A stretch of 64,000 nucleotides of DNA from assembly GCA_016214005.1 (NCBI GenBank), contig JACRPK010000006.1:17719-81718 (forward strand). The letters are read 5' to 3'. This document shows positions 57,597 through 64,000 of this stretch, piece after piece. The position numbers and the translations under genes were made by a program. Source of the DNA: Candidatus Wolfebacteria bacterium (GTDB lineage Bacteria > Patescibacteriota > Minisyncoccia > UBA6257 > UBA9933). A model generated the notes under the pieces. It was not told the DNA's origin. It saw nothing but the letters and a program-made list of their open reading frames with translations, and did no database searches. How positions within the stretch are numbered: position 1 is the first letter of the stretch; each line of letters opens with the position of its first letter.

Positions 57597-59705
57597 ATGA
57601 GACAATACGCTCTGGAAAAATATAGAAATATTGGGATCATCGCTCACATTGACGCAGGAAAAACAACCGTTTCTGAGCGCGTTCTTTTTTATACTGGAAT
57701 GTCTCATAAAATCGGTGAAGTTCACGAGGGTTCAACAACAATGGATTGGATGGAGCAAGAAAGAGAACGCGGCATCACAATCACTTCAGCGGCCACTACT
57801 TGCTTTTGGACGCCGACTTATCGACAAGGCGATAAAAAATACGAACACAGAATTAATTTGATAGATACTCCCGGACATATTGATTTTACGGTTGAAGTTA
57901 AAAGATCTTTAAGAGTTCTTGATGGCGCGGTGGTTGTTTTTGACGGAGTTTCCGGAGTGGAACCGCAATCAGAAACAAATTGGCATTATGCCGATGAGTA
58001 TCGCGTGCCGAGAATTTGTTTTATCAATAAATTAGACAGAATGGGAGCGAGTTTCGAAAGATCATATCAGTCAATTCTTGATCGCTTAACTAAAAATGCT
58101 TTTCCGATTCAGTTGCCGATCGGCCTGGAATCGGTTTTTGAAGGAGTAATTGATTTGATAAAAATGAAAGCCTATCGCTTTGAAGGCGAGCTCGGCGAAA
58201 AAATCATTGAAAGTGAAATTCCTGAAAATATGAAATCAGAAGCGCAAATAGCCCGCGCGACTTTGCTTGAAAAAATCGTTGAGTACGACGATGTTTTGAT
58301 GGAAAAATATTTAGGTCAAGGAGAATTAACCGAAGAAGAAATTGTAAAAACAATTCGCAAGGCGACAATCAACGACGGATTCGTGCCGGTTTTGTGCGGT
58401 TCAGCTTTGAAAAATAAAGGAGTGCAATTGATGCTTGACGCGGTTTTAAATTATTTGCCGTCTCCTTTGGATTTAGCGCAAATTAAGCCAATCAAAGGCA
58501 TTGATTTGAAAACTAACGAAGAAATTATCCGCCAGCCAGATGATGCCGAACCTTTTACCGCTTTGGCTTTTAAAATTGCCACTGATCCATATGTCGGCAG
58601 TTTGACTTTTTTCAGAATTTATTCAGGTTCAATTAAAAAAGGCAGCTATATTTTAAATTCAGTCAAAGACAACCAAGAGCGCGTTTCTCGTATTATGCGC
58701 ATGCATGCCAATAAGCGGGAAGAAGTTGATGAATTTTATACTGGAGATATTGGCGCCATTGTCGGTTTGAAAGATACGACCACCGGCGATACTCTTTGCG
58801 ATCCGGATAAGCCGGTGATTTTGGAAAAAATCATTTTCCCGAATCCGGTTATTTCAATTAGGATTGAACCTAAAACCAAAGCTGACCAGGAAAAAATCGG
58901 CATTGCTTTGAGGCGCCTGGCTGATGAAGATCCGACATTTAAAGTTGCGGGTGATCCGGAAACTGGCGAAACAATTATTTCCGGAATGGGCGAACTTCAT
59001 TTGGAAATTATCGTTGATAGAATGAAGCGCGAATTTGGCGTTGAAGCTAACGTCGGCCGGCCGCAAGTGGCTTATAAAGAAACTATTAAAGGCGCGTCTG
59101 AAGCCGAAGGAAAATATATCAGGCAATCCGGCGGACGCGGACAATACGGCCATGTTTGGATTAAAATTAAAGCCTTGGAACGCGGCAAGGGCTTTGAATT
59201 TGTTGATGAAATTAAGGGGGGAACTATTCCTCAGGAATTTATTGCGCCGGTTGGAAAAGGCGTTAAAGAAGCGCTGGACAAAGGCGTTGTTGCAGGTTAT
59301 CCTATTGTTGATGTTGAGGTAACGCTTTTTGACGGATCTTTTCATGAAGTTGATTCTTCGGAATCGGCTTTTAAAATAGCCGGATCAATCGCTTTACAAG
59401 AAGCGGTGAAAAATGCTAAGCCGATTATTTTAGAGCCGATTATGAAAGTTCAGGTTCTAGCGCCTCAAGATTTTTTGGGTGATATTACCGGAGATTTGCA
59501 AAGCAAGCGCGGCAAAATTGAATCATTGGGAGAGAGGGGAAATGCAAAGGTTATTGATGTCAAAGTTCCTCTTTCGGAAATGTTTGGTTATGCCACAAAG
59601 CTTCGTTCAATGACTCAGGGCCGCGGAAGTTTTTCAATGGAATTTGATACCTATGAAGAAGTTCCGAAAAATATAGAAGCTCAAATTATTGAAGGTAAAA
59701 AATAA
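57597..59705 (+). CDS. fusA: Elongation factor G
   Basis: [23 protein letters not shown]. Confidence 0.98.
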   Translation: MRQYALEKYRNIGIIAHIDAGKTTVSERVLFYTGMSHKIGEVHEGSTTMDWMEQERERGITITSAATTCFWTPTYRQGDKKYEHRINLIDTPGHIDFTVEVKRSLRVLDGAVVVFDGVSGVEPQSETNWHYADEYRVPRICFINKLDRMGASFERSYQSILDRLTKNAFPIQLPIGLESVFEGVIDLIKMKAYRFEGELGEKIIESEIPENMKSEAQIARATLLEKIVEYDDVLMEKYLGQGELTEEEIVKTIRKATINDGFVPVLCGSALKNKGVQLMLDAVLNYLPSPLDLAQIKPIKGIDLKTNEEIIRQPDDAEPFTALAFKIATDPYVGSLTFFRIYSGSIKKGSYILNSVKDNQERVSRIMRMHANKREEVDEFYTGDIGAIVGLKDTTTGDTLCDPDKPVILEKIIFPNPVISIRIEPKTKADQEKIGIALRRLADEDPTFKVAGDPETGETIISGMGELHLEIIVDRMKREFGVEANVGRPQVAYKETIKGASEAEGKYIRQSGGRGQYGHVWIKIKALERGKGFEFVDEIKGGTIPQEFIAPVGKGVKEALDKGVVAGYPIVDVEVTLFDGSFHEVDSSESAFKIAGSIALQEAVKNAKPIILEPIMKVQVLAPQDFLGDITGDLQSKRGKIESLGERGNAKVIDVKVPLSEMFGYATKLRSMTQGRGSFSMEFDTYEEVPKNIEAQIIEGKK

Positions 59706-59707
59706 TT

Positions 59708-60049
59708 ATGGAACACATAATTGACGCAACAAATAAAAAAATTGGAAGATTAGCTTCAGAAATAGCTGTTATTTTGCAAGGCAAAAAAAGCGCTAAATAT
59801 GAGCCGCGTCTTGAAGGCGATGCAAAAGTAATTGTTAAAAATATCGGCAAAGTTGAAGTGGGCCAGAAAAAAGAAACTCAAAGAATTTACTATCGCCACA
59901 CGACTCAAATCGGTCATTTGAAGGAGCAGTCTCTTGGCATGCTTATTGAAAAAAAAGGCGTTGGGGCGGCTTTGAAAAAAATGGTGATGGGCATGCTTCC
60001 GAAAAATAAATTAAGAATCAGAAGAATTAAAAAATTAATTATAGAATAA
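59708..60049 (+). CDS. rplM: 50S ribosomal protein L13 (short form)
   Basis: IDA...GRLAS.IA..LQGK, GMLPKNKL. Confidence 0.93.
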   Translation: MEHIIDATNKKIGRLASEIAVILQGKKSAKYEPRLEGDAKVIVKNIGKVEVGQKKETQRIYYRHTTQIGHLKEQSLGMLIEKKGVGAALKKMVMGMLPKNKLRIRRIKKLIIE

Positions 60050-60540
60050 TGGAAAAAACAATAAAACCAAAAGTTAAAAAAGTTGTTGAAAAAGCAGAAA
60101 AAAGCGAGAAAGCGGCAAAACCGGCCGTTAAAAAAATTTCTCCAGAAAAAAAAGAAAAATATTTTGAAGCTGTCGGCAGAAGAAAAACCGCTGTTGCTCG
60201 CGTAAGGCTTTATACAAAAAAAGACGGCATTATCGTTAATGGAAAAAATTATACCGATTATTTTCCATTGCTTCGTTGGCAAAAAGAAATTGTTGCGCCG
60301 ATTGAAAAAATGAAAATCAACGATAAGCTTGGCGCGACTATCATAGTAAAAGGCAGCGGCGTTTCAGCTCAGGCGATAGCTGTCCGCCATGGAATTTCCA
60401 GGGCTTTGGTTAAATTCAATGCCGAATTTAAAAAGCGTTTGCGCAAAGCTGGATATTTATTAAGAGATCCGCGGGCTGTGGAAAGGAAAAAATACGGGCG
60501 TCACAAGGCCAGAAGAGGTCATCAGTGGAGGAAGAGATAG
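60049..60540 (+). CDS. rpsI: 30S ribosomal protein S9 with N-terminal extension
   Basis: GRRKTAVARV, RDPRAVERKKYG. Confidence 0.96.
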   Translation: MEKTIKPKVKKVVEKAEKSEKAAKPAVKKISPEKKEKYFEAVGRRKTAVARVRLYTKKDGIIVNGKNYTDYFPLLRWQKEIVAPIEKMKINDKLGATIIVKGSGVSAQAIAVRHGISRALVKFNAEFKKRLRKAGYLLRDPRAVERKKYGRHKARRGHQWRKR

Positions 60541-60576
60541 TTCTATCGATTATTTCTTAATTTCTTATATAATCCT

Positions 60577-60951
60577 ATTGTTGTTAATGAAGTTGGGGAA
60601 ATTATTCTTGTTCGTCATAAATACGGAGAAGGATTATTTTTGCCAGGCGGCAAAGTACGTAAAAATGAAAAAGATGAAGATGCTTTGCGTCGCGAACTTA
60701 AAGAAGAAATTGGTCTTGAAATTAATGGACTTGTTGAAAAATTTGGCGAATATCAAAATAATTACGAATATAAAAAAGATACGATTATTATATTTGTCGT
60801 TAAATCGTTTAATATTTCGCCAAAATACCACTTTGAAATTGACGAGTGGAAATTTGTTAATCCAAAAGATCTTCCGAGAGGAACTTCTCCGGGAACGCGT
60901 CGAAGAATAGGGGAGTGGCTTAATCAGCGACCGATTAGCGGTCAATGGTAA
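60577..60951 (+). CDS. NUDIX hydrolase, start unclear (possibly 5'-truncated)
   Basis: LPGGKV...EDALRRELKEEIG; family-like sequence extends upstream of the TTG at 60640 (IILVRHKYG). Confidence 0.75.
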   Translation: MVVNEVGEIILVRHKYGEGLFLPGGKVRKNEKDEDALRRELKEEIGLEINGLVEKFGEYQNNYEYKKDTIIIFVVKSFNISPKYHFEIDEWKFVNPKDLPRGTSPGTRRRIGEWLNQRPISGQW

Positions 60952-60964
60952 AAAGGAGGTTATT

Positions 60965-61969
60965 GTGATGTTTGAAAAGAGGTTGTGCGGCTGTTGTAGC
61001 GGAGCCAATGAAATTTTTATTGGCGGAACAGAAAGCGATATTAAATATATTGAAAATTATCTTTCAAATATTAGAGCGCTTGATCCAATAGAAATTGCAA
61101 TTCTTCCAAATCCGATAAATTTAGCATCAATAAATTCCAATATTTTAAATGAAATTATTGATGTTGGATTATTTCGCAGATCAATTGATTTTTGTTTTAA
61201 ATTGTGCCGTGAAATATATGCTGTAAAAATTTATCCGATTAAGGATGATCGTTATTATATTGCCCAACCACCAGATGATGACATCGGAGGATTTTATAGT
61301 TCGCATATATTGGGATATCAATATTGGTATCATGCGGCGTTTGTTGTAGTTCTTAATTCAAGAGTTGCGGATAAAAAACTTCGGACAATTGAATTGGTTC
61401 GCGGCGTTTTGCATGATTATTTGCATCATTCAACTTTCAGATCGTTTAAAAGAGCTATTCGTATGCCATCTATATCGTCAAAAATAGCTAAACATCGAAT
61501 TCCTGAAATATATCGCGAACAATACGGAATTAATTTTAGAAATCAAGGCGGTCTTTCATATTCTTCGGTATCGCTCACATGCCAATCTCCGGAAACAATA
61601 AATCTTAATCTTTTAATGGATGGAGTTATTATTTTGATTGTCGCCGATCTTATAAAAAGATTTTGTGATAGCTATGCTTTTGGCAATAAAAGTGAAATTG
61701 AAAAAGAGATTTTAAAAGAAATCATTCTTGATCAATTTGACGCGTCAATATTGCCGTCGGCTTTTAATTTTTATAAAGAAATTATTGAACCGACAAAATT
61801 ATTTATTGATCGTTGGGGCGGTCAAGATTTTATGGTTCTTATTTTACAGGCGATGATAAGCGGTGAACTTTCGAAATTAAAAAAATTTTTCGAAAAAGAA
61901 ACTGGCATTATCAATGCTTGGGAAAAAAAATTTAAGCGCTTAAACTTTAATTTACCATTCAGTTTTTAG
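60965..61969 (+). CDS. Hypothetical protein (HDxxH)
   Basis: AAAGGAGG RBS; 334-aa ORF; terminator at 61985-62010. Confidence 0.65.
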   Translation: MMFEKRLCGCCSGANEIFIGGTESDIKYIENYLSNIRALDPIEIAILPNPINLASINSNILNEIIDVGLFRRSIDFCFKLCREIYAVKIYPIKDDRYYIAQPPDDDIGGFYSSHILGYQYWYHAAFVVVLNSRVADKKLRTIELVRGVLHDYLHHSTFRSFKRAIRMPSISSKIAKHRIPEIYREQYGINFRNQGGLSYSSVSLTCQSPETINLNLLMDGVIILIVADLIKRFCDSYAFGNKSEIEKEILKEIILDQFDASILPSAFNFYKEIIEPTKLFIDRWGGQDFMVLILQAMISGELSKLKKFFEKETGIINAWEKKFKRLNFNLPFSF

Positions 61970-62063
61970 ATTTAATGAATTTATAAGGCGTCCAATGACG
62001 CCTTTTTTTATTAAATTAAATTTAAAGTTGACAAAGATTATTTTATTTTGATATTATTTAAAA

Positions 62064-62330
62064 ATGCTTACAACTCGCCAAAAACTAAACGTTATAAAAG
62101 AGTCAGCCCTGCATGATACCGATACCGGTTCGGTTGAAATTCAGGTTTCGCTTTTGACAAAACAAATCAGCGAATTGACTGATCACTTAAAAACCCACAA
62201 GAAAGATAACCATTCTCGTCGGGGACTTTTAAAAATGGTTGGCAAAAGAAAAAAACTTCTCAGTTATCTTGAAAAAAATAATCCTAAAAGTTATGCGTCT
62301 TTGATAAGAAAATTGGGATTGAAAAAATAA
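62064..62330 (+). CDS. rpsO: 30S ribosomal protein S15
   Basis: DTGSVEIQV, HKKDNHSRRGLLKMVGKR. Confidence 0.97.
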   Translation: MLTTRQKLNVIKESALHDTDTGSVEIQVSLLTKQISELTDHLKTHKKDNHSRRGLLKMVGKRKKLLSYLEKNNPKSYASLIRKLGLKK

Positions 62331-62333
62331 GAT

Positions 62334-62834
62334 ATGATTCATCGCAACCAGCGTGTCGGAATATTTATAGACGTTCAGAATTTATATCATTCCACAAAAC
62401 ATCTTTATAGCGGCCGCGTTAATTATCGCGAACTTATAAAATCTTTGACAGCCGGCCGGCAACTTATTAGGGCAATCGGCTATGTTGTTAAAAGTGAAAC
62501 CGCTTTTGGAGAAACTTCTTTTTTTGAAGCTTTGAAAAAATCCGGCGTTGAGCTAAGAATGAAAGATCTGCAAATTTTTCCGGGAGGAGTTAAAAAGGCT
62601 GATTGGGATGTCGGCATGGCGGTTGACGCCATCAGGATGGCGGGCTCGCTTGATACTGTTGTGCTTGCAACCGGAGACGGAGATTTTGTTCCTTTGGTTG
62701 AATATTTAAAATGGGGGCTGGGAAAAGAGGTTGAAGTGGCGGCTTTTAGCAGAAGCTCTTCGGCCAAATTAAAAGAAGCAGCCGATTTTTTCATTGATCT
62801 GGAAAGATTGCCAAGAATGATAATAAAAAAATAA
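62334..62834 (+). CDS. NYN (LabA/DUF88) domain protein
   Basis: FIDVQN, KADWDVG, GDGDF. Confidence 0.9.
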   Translation: MIHRNQRVGIFIDVQNLYHSTKHLYSGRVNYRELIKSLTAGRQLIRAIGYVVKSETAFGETSFFEALKKSGVELRMKDLQIFPGGVKKADWDVGMAVDAIRMAGSLDTVVLATGDGDFVPLVEYLKWGLGKEVEVAAFSRSSSAKLKEAADFFIDLERLPRMIIKK

Positions 62835-62838
62835 AAAT

Positions 62839-64000
62839 ATGAGTTTAAATAAAAAAGAATTTAAAATTGATTTTGCGGGACAGCCTTTGACTTTGGCTGT
62901 TTCAAAAATAGCCGAACAGGCCAATGCCGCGGTTTTGGGAACCTATGGAGATACTTCGGTTTTAGCAACCGTTGTTATTGGAAAAAATGATAAGCCGATT
63001 GATTTTTTCCCATTAACCGTTGATTATGAAGAAAAATTTTACGCTGCCGGAAAAATTATCGGCAGTCGTTTTGTGCGCCGCGAAGGCAGGCCGTCGGAGG
63101 CCGCTGTTTTGTCGGGCCGATTGATTGATCGCACCATCAGGCCGCTTTTTGATCACAGAATGCGCCGCGATGTCCAGGTTGTCATTACGGTTCTTTCTTA
63201 TGATGAAGAAAATGATCCGGATTTCATCGCTTTGCTTTCAGCCTCAACCGCTTTGGCGATTTCCGATATTCCTTGGAATGGGCCGGCCGCCGGCGTAAGA
63301 ATTGCGCGGACAAAAGATGACAAAACTATTATCAATCCGTTGAATTCTGTTTTTTCCGATTTAACAAAAATTTCTTTTGACGCTTTCGCATCCGGAACAA
63401 AAGAAAAATTGAATATGATTGAATTGGGCGGTTATGAAGCAGTTGAAAGCGGCGTGGTTGAAAGTTTTGATGAAGCTCATAAAGAAATCGGCAAGCTGGT
63501 TGATTTTCAAAAAGAAATTGTCGCTAAAATCGGCAAGAAAAAATTATTAATTCCATTGGCTGAACCGGAAAAAGAAATCAAAGAAAAAGCAGAAGCGTTT
63601 TTAAGCAACAAATTGGAAGAAGCGGTTTATGTCAAAGATAAAGTTGAAAGGCAAAATAAAATAGACGAAGTAAAAGAATCATTTAAAAAACATTTGGAGG
63701 AAATTTCCGAGGAAGCCGCCAAATTAACAGACCATTTATTTGAAGAAAAACTTGACGAAATCGTCCATAAAAATATTATTCAAAGCGATAAACGGCCGGA
63801 CGGAAGAAGGCTTGATGAGGTAAGAGAACTTTACGCTGAAATTGGCTTATTCAAGCGCCTTCACGGGTCAGCGTTGTTTTGCCGCGGCAATACGCAATCT
63901 TTGGCTGTGACGACCTTAGCGGCTCCCGGAGCCGAACAATTAGTTGAAACAATGGAAATTTCCGGCAAGCGCAGGTTTATGCTTCATTATAATTTCCCCC
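62839..64000 (+). CDS. pnp: Polyribonucleotide nucleotidyltransferase (partial, runs off window end)
   Basis: Manual translation: AEQANAAV...DFFPLTVDYEEKFYAAGKI...RLIDRTIRPLF...HGSALF.RG.TQ...FMLHYNFP. Confidence 0.95.
   Translation, partial: MSLNKKEFKIDFAGQPLTLAVSKIAEQANAAVLGTYGDTSVLATVVIGKNDKPIDFFPLTVDYEEKFYAAGKIIGSRFVRREGRPSEAAVLSGRLIDRTIRPLFDHRMRRDVQVVITVLSYDEENDPDFIALLSASTALAISDIPWNGPAAGVRIARTKDDKTIINPLNSVFSDLTKISFDAFASGTKEKLNMIELGGYEAVESGVVESFDEAHKEIGKLVDFQKEIVAKIGKKKLLIPLAEPEKEIKEKAEAFLSNKLEEAVYVKDKVERQNKIDEVKESFKKHLEEISEEAAKLTDHLFEEKLDEIVHKNIIQSDKRPDGRRLDEVRELYAEIGLFKRLHGSALFCRGNTQSLAVTTLAAPGAEQLVETMEISGKRRFMLHYNFP

Noticed and set aside
56666-60540. tuf missing after fusA, with rplM-rpsI following instead
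   Set aside because: Rearranged ribosomal operons are common in CPR; tuf is presumably elsewhere in the genome.

Overview
AT-rich chromosome segment from a Patescibacteria (CPR) bacterium, probably Parcubacteria (OD1). The assignment rests on OD1-like 16S primer-site mismatches, a stand-alone 16S gene, VirB2-like pilin arrays and CPR-type gene order. From about 26 kb to 64 kb the window is mostly core genes: rpmB, two tRNAs, two type IV pilus clusters, fmt/def/rpmE, 16S rRNA, polX, uvrA, RNase P RNA, rpsL-rpsG-fusA-rplM-rpsI, rpsO and pnp. The standout is 0.86-17.5 kb, an array of at least 8 cassettes with no integrase visible in the window. Each cassette begins with a near-identical ~60-90 bp sigma70 promoter repeat followed by an rrn boxA-like motif. 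Six modules in this region (five behind the repeat promoter, one behind its own) pair a tiny 30-66 aa peptide gene, with a strong SD and an intrinsic terminator, with a peptide-acting enzyme. The enzymes are M16 peptidases, a C39-like peptidase, a GNAT, two radical SAM/SPASM enzymes, an ATP-grasp ligase and a kinase. Five of the six peptides are missing from the ORF track. I infer a shuffleable multi-class RiPP-like cassette array. A second promoter-repeat array holds toxin-antitoxin modules. Other observations: the 16S 3' end lacks the anti-Shine-Dalgarno; a candidate 6S-like RNA; a GIY-YIG gene framed by the same imperfect inverted repeat that forms RNase P helix P3; an operator-like palindrome family around a TrpR-like gene. 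All product calls come from motifs read by eye; no searches were run.
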